NCBI GenBank assembly: GCA_035515795.1
Contig: DATJAY010000039.1
Location: 142,964 to 206,963 of the forward strand
Source of the DNA: Candidatus Acidiferrales bacterium
GTDB taxonomy: Bacteria > Bacteroidota > Ignavibacteria > Kryptoniales > JAKASW01
Reading direction: 5' to 3'
Length of the DNA: 64,000 nt
Shown here: piece by piece, positions 9,428 through 18,179 of the stretch
Numbering within the stretch: position 1 is the stretch's first letter
Layout: every line of letters begins with the position of its first letter
Program-made: the position numbers and the translations under genes
The notes under the pieces: model-generated
Seen by the model: only the letters and a program-made list of their open reading frames with translations
Told to the model about the DNA's origin: nothing
Databases searched by the model: none

Positions 9428-9991
9428 GTGGTCATCCTCGGCATAGATCCCGGTTCCCGCAAGACAGGTTATGCGGTTCTGAATGCTGAAAAGAACAGGA
9501 GTGAGGTTCTTGAATATGGAACAATCACGCTGACGGACCTGAAATTAATGACGGATAAACTTGTAAGGCTCTTTGAGGAGCTTGGGGAACTGTTTGTTAA
9601 GTATGGGATTCAATCGGTCGCTGTCGAAGCGGGTTTCTATGGAAAGAATGCGCAGAGCGCATATAAACTTGGATACGCACGAAGCGCCGCGGTGTTGGCT
9701 GCGGCGCTGAAAAGAGTGGAAGTCGTGGAATATTCTCCGCGGAAAATCAAACAGGCCGTCACGGGAAACGGCAATGCTTCTAAGAAGCAAGTGAAATACA
9801 TGGTGAGAAATCTCCTTCACATCGATAATAAGGAAAGAATCGGAGAAGATGAGGCAGATGCATGTGCCGCCGCTATTTGCCACTCGCAAAACCATGGCCG
9901 GGGAACCAGGAATTATAAGAGCTGGAAGGAATTTGTCGTAAGAAATAAACATCTCGTCATTCACGAAAGTCTGGGAGAAAGACTGGCGTGA
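9428..9991 (+). CDS. ruvC: Crossover junction endodeoxyribonuclease RuvC
   Basis: 187 aa, GTG start. Motifs ILGIDPGSRKTGYAV and EDEADACAAAICH. Confidence 0.93.
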   Translation: MVILGIDPGSRKTGYAVLNAEKNRSEVLEYGTITLTDLKLMTDKLVRLFEELGELFVKYGIQSVAVEAGFYGKNAQSAYKLGYARSAAVLAAALKRVEVVEYSPRKIKQAVTGNGNASKKQVKYMVRNLLHIDNKERIGEDEADACAAAICHSQNHGRGTRNYKSWKEFVVRNKHLVIHESLGERLA

Positions 9992-10584
9992 TTTATCGAA
10001 TAACCGGGCGTCTTGCGGCGAAGAATCCGACAATGCTGGTCGTCGAGGTAAACGGACTGTCGTATGAAGTCAATGTGCCTTTGTCCACCTACGAACGAGT
10101 CGGCAGGGAAAGCAGCGAAGTCTCACTGTACACAATTCTAGTCGTTCGGGAGGACGACCTCCAATTGTATGGGTTTGCCACCGAGGACGAGAGGAAGTTG
10201 TTCAAACTCTTGACAAGCGTCAGCGGTATCGGTCCGCGTACCGCACTGAGTCTCCTCTCTTCCGCGAATGTGGGCGACATATTTGGGTTCATTGCCAACT
10301 CCAATCTGCAAGCGCTGACGTCAATCCCGGGAATTGGAAAGAAGACGGCCGAGAGGGTCGTGCTTGAGCTTCGTGACAAAGTTTTGAAGCTGGATGTAGG
10401 CGTATTACATGAAGCACTTGAAGGCAAAGAGGAAATTCGATCCGAAGCTGTGGACGCCTTGCTGGCGCTTGGTTATTCGCGAATACAAAGCGAGAAAGCT
10501 GTCAGAGAAGCTCTGAAGAATGATTCGTCAGCAGCCAACTCAGTCGAGGAACTGGTGAGGTCGGCGCTGAAAGAAGTGAAGTAG
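9988..10584 (+). CDS. ruvA: Holliday junction branch migration protein RuvA
   Basis: 198 aa. N-terminus MIYRITGRL, HhH motifs SVSGIGPRTAL and IPGIGKKTAERVVLEL. GTGA overlap with ruvC. Confidence 0.93.
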   Translation: MIYRITGRLAAKNPTMLVVEVNGLSYEVNVPLSTYERVGRESSEVSLYTILVVREDDLQLYGFATEDERKLFKLLTSVSGIGPRTALSLLSSANVGDIFGFIANSNLQALTSIPGIGKKTAERVVLELRDKVLKLDVGVLHEALEGKEEIRSEAVDALLALGYSRIQSEKAVREALKNDSSAANSVEELVRSALKEVK

Positions 10585-10592
10585 GCTGAACT

Positions 10593-11285
10593 TCACCATC
10601 CCACTGTTATTCCTGTAATAATTCCTGCTGAGATGGGCTGCGTCATTGCACCTGCTTGGTCGAAGTTCACTTCCTTTCTCAAGCTGTACATCGCAAGAAC
10701 GCTCACATCAAACCCAACCCTGAAATCTCCAACCTGGTACGCATTGAAAATGATTCCTGCTTCCGCCGGTATGAACGGAACCACTAACCGCTGGGCGGAG
10801 TAAATTGTATCAGGTGGAACGGGGTAAGTCGCCCATTGAGAATAGTCATAACTCTTACCCTCATGCTTAAAGTATGCCACGCCGAACCCGGCGGAAACAT
10901 ACGGCCGGAAGATCCCTGAGTCAATTGGTGAAAAACTGAGTTTCAAGTATGAGCCGTATGATTCAGTGAGAAAAGAGTTCATAGGTATTGACGATTCCAC
11001 AGACTGAAACAATACCGCTTGGGCGATGCTTGCAGTCGCTTTTGTGTAGGAAAAGGAAATTGAAGCATCGAAATGCTCACCCAATTTTCTTGTCAGGTCG
11101 ATGCCTATGAAAGTGTTAAAAGAATAATTATGAACCCAGCTGCCTTCATTAATTTTTATCTGTCCTTGAAACAGGAGTGGCGAAGCATGAACGTTGACCG
11201 ACCAATCAGGTCCAGTCTCCTGGGCTTCAGACTCTAATGATGGAACGGCAATTATCAGCACTGCATATAACATAAACGTCTTCAT
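10593..11285 (-). CDS. Outer-membrane beta-barrel (porin-family) protein
   Basis: 230 aa. Signal peptide MKTFMLYAVLIIAVPSLESEA, alternating amphipathic strands, C-terminal ..GITVGW aromatic terminus. Confidence 0.6.
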   Translation of the reverse strand: MKTFMLYAVLIIAVPSLESEAQETGPDWSVNVHASPLLFQGQIKINEGSWVHNYSFNTFIGIDLTRKLGEHFDASISFSYTKATASIAQAVLFQSVESSIPMNSFLTESYGSYLKLSFSPIDSGIFRPYVSAGFGVAYFKHEGKSYDYSQWATYPVPPDTIYSAQRLVVPFIPAEAGIIFNAYQVGDFRVGFDVSVLAMYSLRKEVNFDQAGAMTQPISAGIITGITVGW

Positions 11286-11414
11286 AACCCATCTCCCAAA
11301 AGACTAAATTAGAGAAACATTCGTACCATTACACTAAAATTATATCCACAGGAAACGGGCAAATCAAGGGCCGATTACCTTTGAAAAATTTTAGCAGGCT
11401 CATTATATTTTTGA

Positions 11415-12533
11415 ATGAGAGCCACGCGGGCTGAAGTCGACCTTTCAGCGATTCGATACAACATAAAACAGGTTGTCCGGAAAGTTGGGAATGTGCGTGT
11501 TCTTGGGGTGATGAAAGCAAACGCCTACGGACATGGGATTGTCGAGGCTTCTAAAGCTGCACTGGAGTCGGGCGCAAGCTACCTTGGCGTCGCGCTGGCG
11601 GAAGAGGGCATTGAACTGCGACGGCACACCGGCGCACCCATACTGGTTTTCTCACCGCCGTTTGATGAATCGTTTGAGGATTATGTCGGGTTTGATCTGG
11701 AAGCGACCATAACTTCCGTAGACTCTGCTCGGGCATTGAATTCCGTATCGAAGGTGGCGGGAAAAAAAACAAAAGTGCAGATTAAGATCGATACCGGAAT
11801 GGGACGGATCGGTTTTTTCCCGGAAGTTGCCGTCGAAGCGATCAGAGCGATTGCCGATCTCGATTCGCTTTCCATCGCCGGCATTTATTCGCATTTTGCC
11901 ACTTCCGACGAATCGAACAAAGAATTCGCGCGGCATCAGTTGTCGGCCTTTAAGAATATCGTTACTGCGGCCAAAGATATCGGCCTGGATTGCATTTTCC
12001 ACATTGCCAATAGCGGCGCTATCATGGATATCCCGGGCAGCTACTTTGATATGGTCAGGCCCGGCATAATGACATATGGTTATTATCCGTCTCTTGAAAC
12101 TTCCGAGTCCATCGACATAAAGCCCGCACTGTCCCTGAAGTCAAACGTGGTACAGATAAAAACTTTCAAGGGGGGAATGAGCGTAAGTTATGGAAGAAAA
12201 TATTTCACGAAGGGGCCGACACGCATCGCGGTAGTGCCGATAGGCTACGGAGACGGATTCACGAGACTATTGTCGGGAAAAGCATCGGTCCTCATAAATG
12301 GGAAGATGTATCGGATAGTCGGGACCATCACCATGGATCACTTGATGGTCGATTTGGAGAACGATCCGAAAGTACAGGTCGGAGACGGAGTAACTTTGAT
12401 AGGAAAGGACTGCGGTCTGGGAATTTCCGCATGGGATATTGCGTCGAAATTGGGAACTATTCCTTATGAGGTATTGTGTATGATTAATAATCGTGTGCCA
12501 CGATTGTACCATAATGAATCAAACATGGACTGA
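11415..12533 (+). CDS. alr: Alanine racemase
   Basis: 372 aa. PLP-lysine motif GVMKANAYGHG, plus VSYG and PIGYGDG motifs. Confidence 0.93.
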   Translation: MRATRAEVDLSAIRYNIKQVVRKVGNVRVLGVMKANAYGHGIVEASKAALESGASYLGVALAEEGIELRRHTGAPILVFSPPFDESFEDYVGFDLEATITSVDSARALNSVSKVAGKKTKVQIKIDTGMGRIGFFPEVAVEAIRAIADLDSLSIAGIYSHFATSDESNKEFARHQLSAFKNIVTAAKDIGLDCIFHIANSGAIMDIPGSYFDMVRPGIMTYGYYPSLETSESIDIKPALSLKSNVVQIKTFKGGMSVSYGRKYFTKGPTRIAVVPIGYGDGFTRLLSGKASVLINGKMYRIVGTITMDHLMVDLENDPKVQVGDGVTLIGKDCGLGISAWDIASKLGTIPYEVLCMINNRVPRLYHNESNMD

Positions 12534-12541
12534 AGAGGAAC

Positions 12542-13624
12542 ATGAAAGTCTTTGCACTGATAATGGCCGGAGGCATTGGGTCGCGAATTTGGCCGAAAAG
12601 CAGGGAAGCGACGCCTAAACAATTCCAAAACATCTTCGGAAGTCGAACATTATACCAGCGCGCATATGATAGAATTTCCAAGATCGTGCCGCCGCAGAAT
12701 ATTTTTGTGGTCACGAATCAAATTCATTGCTCGGTGGCCGCGGAACAAATTACCGAGATTCCGAAACGAAATATTATCGGAGAGCCGGTCGGGCGCAGCA
12801 CCGCTCCCTGCATAGCTGCAGCCGCGTCTGCGATTTCATCCATAACCGATAATGCGGTCATGGTCGTCCTTCCTTCCGATCATTTGATCTCTCAAGAAGA
12901 AAATTATATAAACCAGATGAAGGAAGCGATTCGTCTGGCTGAAAAACATCGGGCACTTGTCACGATAGGAATAAGGCCGACATATCCTGAAACCGGTTAT
13001 GGTTATATTCAGTTCAATAAAAACGAAGAGAACAGCGACATTACGGTGCATGGGGGGCACAGGGTAATCGCATTCAAAGAAAAGCCTGACAGTGCCACGG
13101 CGGTAAAATTTCTTGAAAGCGGCGACTACCTATGGAACAGCGGAATGTTCATCTGGCGTATCGACGTGATCCTAGAGGAGCTGAAAAAGAACCTGGAACA
13201 TTTTTCTGATTTCGACCCTCAGATGAAGGAGAGTTATGGGCAAGCCAGTTTTGCAGCCGTTGTAAACGATTTTTATTCGCGTGTTAAATCAATCTCAATC
13301 GACTATGCTGTCATGGAAAAATCCGATAACGTTCTGACGATCCCGAGTAATTTCTCATGGAGCGACGTCGGATCATGGGATGAAATCTACAGGTTGAGCG
13401 ACGTGGACAGCAGCGGTAATGCATTCAAAGGAAATGTTGTAAGTGTTCGAAGCAGAAACAATCTTGTCTGGGCTGATGATAAGGTCGTAACGATCGTCGA
13501 GGCGGAAGATTTAGTTGTCGTGGAGACTAAGGATTCGATTCTGATATGTAAAAAAGGGAAGTCGCAGAGTGTAAAGGACGTCGTCGATATATTGAGAAAG
13601 CAAGGGAGGCAGGATCTGCTGTGA
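12542..13624 (+). CDS. Mannose-1-phosphate guanylyltransferase (nucleotidyltransferase-only form)
   Basis: 360 aa. Motifs ALIMAGGIGSRIWPKSR, YGYIQ and YLWNSGMFIW typical of ManC-type GMP. Confidence 0.85.
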   Translation: MKVFALIMAGGIGSRIWPKSREATPKQFQNIFGSRTLYQRAYDRISKIVPPQNIFVVTNQIHCSVAAEQITEIPKRNIIGEPVGRSTAPCIAAAASAISSITDNAVMVVLPSDHLISQEENYINQMKEAIRLAEKHRALVTIGIRPTYPETGYGYIQFNKNEENSDITVHGGHRVIAFKEKPDSATAVKFLESGDYLWNSGMFIWRIDVILEELKKNLEHFSDFDPQMKESYGQASFAAVVNDFYSRVKSISIDYAVMEKSDNVLTIPSNFSWSDVGSWDEIYRLSDVDSSGNAFKGNVVSVRSRNNLVWADDKVVTIVEAEDLVVVETKDSILICKKGKSQSVKDVVDILRKQGRQDLL

Positions 13625-14088
13625 CTAGGGCAGTTAACTGTGTCGTGCTCATGTCAGTACTATATTTTGTCGGCTGCTCTGCGGCGGCACGCTTTACGAA
13701 TACTGGAAAAGAAAACGGTACATCGACCGAAAACATTTCGAAATCCACGTCTACTTCGATCGCGCCAGGGAAAGCGCTGCTGACCGTCGAAGGGGTGGCA
13801 TCTTTCTATTCTTATGGTTTCGATAAGAAGAAGACCGCAAGCGGAGAAATTTTTGACAAAGATGGGTTGACTGCTGCTCACCGTGAATTCCCTTTTGGAA
13901 CAATTCTACGTGTGACTAATTTGACCAATGGGAAGGATGTCACGGTTACAGTCAACGATCGGGGGCCCTTTGACAAATCGAGAATCATCGATCTATCCGA
14001 AGGGGCGGCGAGGGAAATTGGGATGATACAAGATGGCACAACGAAAGTGAAGATTGAAGTTTTGAAGTGGGGACAAAGCCCGAAATGA
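13621..14088 (+). CDS. rlpA: Septal-ring lytic transglycosylase RlpA family lipoprotein (DPBB domain)
   Basis: 155 aa. Lipobox YFVGC, GVASFYSYGFDKKKTASGE, and VTVNDRGPF..RIIDLS. GTGA overlap with the upstream gene. Confidence 0.85.
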   Translation: MTRAVNCVVLMSVLYFVGCSAAARFTNTGKENGTSTENISKSTSTSIAPGKALLTVEGVASFYSYGFDKKKTASGEIFDKDGLTAAHREFPFGTILRVTNLTNGKDVTVTVNDRGPFDKSRIIDLSEGAAREIGMIQDGTTKVKIEVLKWGQSPK

Positions 14089-14102
14089 TATTCGATTAAG
14101 AA

Positions 14103-14993
14103 TTGACCGATCCGTCTCCCAAAAATCGTTTCAGCGGTTATCTAAACATTTTTGCTGCCGCTTCGCTATGGGGTTCTTCAGCAACTGTGGCGAAGTCTTT
14201 GTTTCAACAAAACATCTCGCCGCTTCTCGTAGTAGAATCGAGAGTCATAATAGCGGCAATAGTCCTTACTTTTGTTCTTCTTTGTACTCGCCCGCAATTG
14301 CTGAAAGTGAAATCTGCAGATCTTAATGACTTTGCACTTCTTGGAATAATTGGTGTCGCAGGCTCTAACTACACATATTATGCTGCGATAAAGGAGACGA
14401 GCGTTGCGGCTGCAATTCTGATGCAATATACAGCTCCGGTTCTGGTAGCGCTTTATGCGGTTGTGACCAAGCATGAGAAAATCAGCGGAATCAAAACGGC
14501 GGCAATCATCCTCTCATTCACCGGCTGTGCCATCATGCTCGGTCTAATAAGGCATGATGTGAGAATAACTGTCCTCGGAATTTGTTTCGGCATCCTGTCG
14601 GCATTCTGTTTTGCATTTTTCAACATATATGCAAAAATTGCGAACAAACATTATTCAGTTTGGACTGTGTTGACCTACACCGTGATCAGCGCGAGCGTGT
14701 TCTGGATTGTCCTGGATGTCTTTGCCAATCCCGGAATACGAATTCCCGGCGTGAACATGGCCATGACGTTGATTGCGTTCTCTTTTGTATCAGCACTTCT
14801 TCCTTATATTTTTTATTTCAGAGGTTTGAGACGGCTCAGACCTTCGACCGCAATTATCGTTTCTACATTGGAGCCGGTGATCGCAATCGGGACGGCGTTT
14901 GCCTTTCTAGGGGAGAGCCTCCATTGGATGCAGATTGCCGGGGGAGTTCTGGTGGTGGCTGCAGTTATATTGTTGGAGGCATACAAAGAGTGA
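14103..14993 (+). CDS. EamA/DMT family transporter
   Basis: 296 aa, about 10 predicted TM helices in two EamA-like halves. TTG start. Confidence 0.85.
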   Translation: MTDPSPKNRFSGYLNIFAAASLWGSSATVAKSLFQQNISPLLVVESRVIIAAIVLTFVLLCTRPQLLKVKSADLNDFALLGIIGVAGSNYTYYAAIKETSVAAAILMQYTAPVLVALYAVVTKHEKISGIKTAAIILSFTGCAIMLGLIRHDVRITVLGICFGILSAFCFAFFNIYAKIANKHYSVWTVLTYTVISASVFWIVLDVFANPGIRIPGVNMAMTLIAFSFVSALLPYIFYFRGLRRLRPSTAIIVSTLEPVIAIGTAFAFLGESLHWMQIAGGVLVVAAVILLEAYKE

Positions 14994-15598
14994 GGACGCA
15001 GCGGCGTATCGACAGGCTTTCCATGGCGCTGAAACATACTCAACCCGATCTGACCATAGTGCTTGAGAACATCCATGACCCGCATAATGTGAGCGCGATC
15101 ATGAGGACATGTGATGCCGTCGGAATCAGACGTGTAAATCTTCTCTATACTGAAGAGAAATTTCCAAAGATCGGGAAAAAGAGTTCGGCGAGCGCCCACA
15201 AATGGGTTGAAAACCAGAAGTTCAGGTCGGTCCAGGATTGCTATGGCTACCTAAAAGGGAATGGCTTTCTTGTAGCAGCGAGCGTCGTGGATATCGGACC
15301 CAGGCTTGCACGCTCCGGGTCAGGCTCGATCTCTCTTTATGAACTGGATTTGCGAAAACAAATCGCTTTAGTTTTCGGCAATGAGCACCGTGGAGTATCA
15401 GAGGAAGCGGCTTCATCCGCTGACATTCGCTTTCAAGTACCGATGTTCGGAATGGTGCAAAGCTTAAATGTCTCGGTTGCGTGTGCGATAACCATTTATG
15501 AAGCGCTCAGACAAAGGATGGAGTCTGGAGATTTCGGAAAGCAAAAGATAGGAGATGTCGAGTTCAAGAAGCGTTTGGATGATTGGGCAAAAAAATAA
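14990..15598 (+). CDS. SpoU/TrmH family RNA 2'-O-methyltransferase
   Basis: RIDRLSMALKHTQPDLTIVLENIHDPHNVSAIMRTCDAVG aligns with the TrmH N-terminus; also LVFGNEHRGVS and QSLNVSVA motifs. Start set at GTG 14990 (GTGA overlap with the EamA stop). The longer track ORF from 14582 runs through the EamA gene. Confidence 0.85.
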   Translation: MRTQRRIDRLSMALKHTQPDLTIVLENIHDPHNVSAIMRTCDAVGIRRVNLLYTEEKFPKIGKKSSASAHKWVENQKFRSVQDCYGYLKGNGFLVAASVVDIGPRLARSGSGSISLYELDLRKQIALVFGNEHRGVSEEAASSADIRFQVPMFGMVQSLNVSVACAITIYEALRQRMESGDFGKQKIGDVEFKKRLDDWAKK

Positions 15599-15685
15599 CA
15601 CGGAGACATTCGCGTTGCAAATAGCTTGCATCGCGACTTTTCAACTCTTACTTTATGCCGACATATTTGTGAAAGGAGGCTTTAC

Positions 15686-16258
15686 ATGTTTGTTGTTTAT
15701 ATTCTCGTTGCCATTATAATTCTCATCCCCTTGTGGGCGATAGCGAAATACAACGGACTCGTTACGCTCCGCAACCAGGTCACCAACGGCTGGAAGCAGA
15801 TCGATGTCCAGTTGAAGCGAAGACATGACTTGATTCCTAATTTAGTACAGTCGGTCAAAGGAGAAATGGAATTCGAGCAGGATACACTCCAGAAAGTAAT
15901 CGAAGCGCGTAATGCTGCCGCCTCCGCAAAGGGAATTGCCGACTCGGCAGGAAAAGAGGACATACTTTCAGGCGCCCTGAACAAATTGTTTGCACTCGTA
16001 GAGAACTATCCTAATTTGAAAGCCAACGAGAACGTGAAGCAGCTTCAGGAGGAGCTGACCAGTACGGAGAACAAGATTTCTTTCGCCAGACAATTCTACA
16101 ACGATATTGCGACGAAGTTCAACATAGCAGAGCAGGTTTTCCCGGGAAGTATCATCGCATCGATTTTTAATTTTACAGCTGCGGAACTTTTTGAGATCAA
16201 GGAAGTAACCGAACGCGAGACTCCGAAAGTCGATCTGTCGTTGAGGAAACAGTCCTGA
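15686..16258 (+). CDS. LemA family membrane protein
   Basis: N-terminal TM helix then YNGLVTLRNQV..WKQIDVQLKRRHDLIPNLV and FARQFYND. ATG 15686 is preceded by AGGAGG. Confidence 0.88.
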   Translation: MFVVYILVAIIILIPLWAIAKYNGLVTLRNQVTNGWKQIDVQLKRRHDLIPNLVQSVKGEMEFEQDTLQKVIEARNAAASAKGIADSAGKEDILSGALNKLFALVENYPNLKANENVKQLQEELTSTENKISFARQFYNDIATKFNIAEQVFPGSIIASIFNFTAAELFEIKEVTERETPKVDLSLRKQS

Positions 16259-16282
16259 GCCAAGAGCCTTCTGACATTTGTC

Positions 16283-17266
16283 GTGGAAGACTTTAGAAAC
16301 ATTTACGAACAACAGGCGCACAACAAGCATGTAACGCTTGCTCTGATGGTCTGTTTCATACTGTTCCTCGGGTTCCTCGGATTCGGCTTCGATGCTTTTT
16401 ACCTTGGAACGATAGACAGCGAGTTTTTTCTTCCCATCGGTACTGTCATCGCTCTCGGTTTTGGATCGTTCTCGGCCGTTTGGAGTCTTAAGGGGGGCTC
16501 AAGCGCTGTGTTGAGATCCACTAATGCAGTTCCCGCGGATCCGAACAATCCCGCACAGAAGCAACTTCTGAATATAGTGGAGGAAATGAGTATTGCCGCG
16601 GGACTGCCGCGTCCACAGGTTTTCATTGTGCCCGATTCTGATCCGAATGCATTCGCGACCGGCAAAGATCCGCAGAACAGCGCGATCGCAGTCACGCAGG
16701 GGCTTCTCGATACATTAAATCGGGACGAGCTTCAAGGTGTAATTGCTCACGAGATGAGTCACATCCGGAATTATGATGTCAGGTTAATGACCGTGATTGC
16801 GGCAATGATAGGTGCGATCCTTTTGCTTTCCGATTGGGCAAGACGCGGAATGTTTTGGGGAGGCGGTCGTCGCCGTTCACGCAGCTCCGGCGGGAGTGCG
16901 GGCGGGGCAATTGCATTGATCTTGATCGTACTGTGGCTTGTCGGTGTAATCCTTGCGCCGCTCATCAGTCAGATCATGGCCATGGCTGTTTCACGAAAGC
17001 GTGAGTATTTTGCGGACGCGTCGGGCGCAGAGCTGACGCGAAATCCACTTGCACTGGCGAGTGCCCTGCAGAAATTGGAGGATGCTTCAGCTCCGACTGA
17101 ATCGATCAAGCACGGAGCCGCCCACCTTTGTATTGTGGATCCGCTGGGAAGGAAAATGAATGCGAAGGAAGGACGTGCTGCAGATTTGTTTGCCAGCCAT
17201 CCTCCGATAAGCAAGCGGATCATGTGGCTGAAGGCGATGTCTTACGAGATTAAGCCGGCGGTGTGA
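16283..17266 (+). CDS. M48 family (HtpX-like) membrane zinc metallopeptidase
   Basis: 327 aa. HEMSHIRNYD (HExxH), downstream REYFADASGAELT, TM helices, Gly/Arg/Ser-rich loop GGGRRRSRSSGGSAGG. GTG start. Confidence 0.85.
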   Translation: MEDFRNIYEQQAHNKHVTLALMVCFILFLGFLGFGFDAFYLGTIDSEFFLPIGTVIALGFGSFSAVWSLKGGSSAVLRSTNAVPADPNNPAQKQLLNIVEEMSIAAGLPRPQVFIVPDSDPNAFATGKDPQNSAIAVTQGLLDTLNRDELQGVIAHEMSHIRNYDVRLMTVIAAMIGAILLLSDWARRGMFWGGGRRRSRSSGGSAGGAIALILIVLWLVGVILAPLISQIMAMAVSRKREYFADASGAELTRNPLALASALQKLEDASAPTESIKHGAAHLCIVDPLGRKMNAKEGRAADLFASHPPISKRIMWLKAMSYEIKPAV

Positions 17267-17328
17267 GCTGAGGATTGTGCAGGCGGATATTCGCTTGCGA
17301 TAAACGCTGAATTATCTTATCATAGACT

Positions 17329-17904
17329 ATGTCATGGAAGGAAAAAGCCGCGCCCCAGAGGTGGGTCGAGAATTTCTCCGATTCTTTGTTTAGGTATGCA
17401 ATCGTCAGGGTGAACGACAGGGAGACTGCTAGAGACCTAGTCCAGGATACGTTACTTTCAGGTCTTCAAAACGTCTCCTCGTTCAGAGGCGACAGTGCCG
17501 AGAAAACCTGGCTCTTCACCATATTGAAGAATAAAATCATCGACCATTATCGTAGGTCATCAACGGATAAAATCGTTTCGTTTGAGGATCTGGATGAATC
17601 GTTCAATCTCGGTGACTACTTCGACAAGGAAGGCGAATGGAACGAGTCGGCAAGACCGATAAGCTGGACCGGAAGCGGTCACGACGACTATGGATCGAAG
17701 GAATTTCATGAGATACTGCAGCGTTGTCTGGTGAGGCTCACCGTACAGTGTCGCGCTGTGTTTTCGATGAAGTATCTGGAGGAGCTTGAGTCCGATGAGA
17801 TTTGTAAGAGATTATCTGTTTCTGCGTCTAACTATTGGGTGATCATGCACAGAGCGAAACTTATGCTGAGACGCTGTATCGAAAAGAACTGGATCGAGTC
17901 CTGA
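17329..17904 (+). CDS. ECF-type RNA polymerase sigma-70 family factor
   Basis: 191 aa. Region 2 ARDLVQDTLLS..WLFTILKNKIIDHYRR and region 4 EICKRLSVSASNYWVIMHRAKLMLRR, with a roughly 45-aa linker insertion. Confidence 0.88.
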   Translation: MSWKEKAAPQRWVENFSDSLFRYAIVRVNDRETARDLVQDTLLSGLQNVSSFRGDSAEKTWLFTILKNKIIDHYRRSSTDKIVSFEDLDESFNLGDYFDKEGEWNESARPISWTGSGHDDYGSKEFHEILQRCLVRLTVQCRAVFSMKYLEELESDEICKRLSVSASNYWVIMHRAKLMLRRCIEKNWIES

Positions 17905-17912
17905 AGGCAACT

Positions 17913-18167
17913 ATGGAAATCATTCCCTGCACACAGGCGACATATTTGATTTCCAAGCGTGAGGAGCGTGCACTGACTCTAAGCGAGAGGATCCAATTGT
18001 TTGTTCACCTGATTATATGCGAGTTTTGCCGACGGTTCCTTGAGCAAACCAAAATTATTTCGAAGGAAGCAAGGAGACTCGTATCTGAGGAGAGCTTAAC
18101 GGAAGAAGAAAAACGGAAGATTCAAGAAGAGCTTGACGCCATAGGGTTAAATCGTCGAAACGAGTAG
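17913..18167 (+). CDS. Small soluble zinc-binding anti-sigma factor (ZAS, RsrA-like ligand spacing)
   Basis: 84 aa from ATG 17913. Ligands C6..H32-x3-C36-x2-C39 (HLIICEFC). No TM segment, highly charged C-terminus. Lies 8 nt after the sigma stop. Confidence 0.6.
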   Translation: MEIIPCTQATYLISKREERALTLSERIQLFVHLIICEFCRRFLEQTKIISKEARRLVSEESLTEEEKRKIQEELDAIGLNRRNE

Positions 18168-18179
18168 ACGATGTGCTTT

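Noticed and set aside
14582-14989. 5' extension of the SpoU/TrmH ORF (track start 14582) overlapping the EamA transporter by ~400 nt
   Set aside because: The extension is out-of-frame read-through inside a well-supported membrane-protein gene. Homology to TrmH begins only near GTG 14990.
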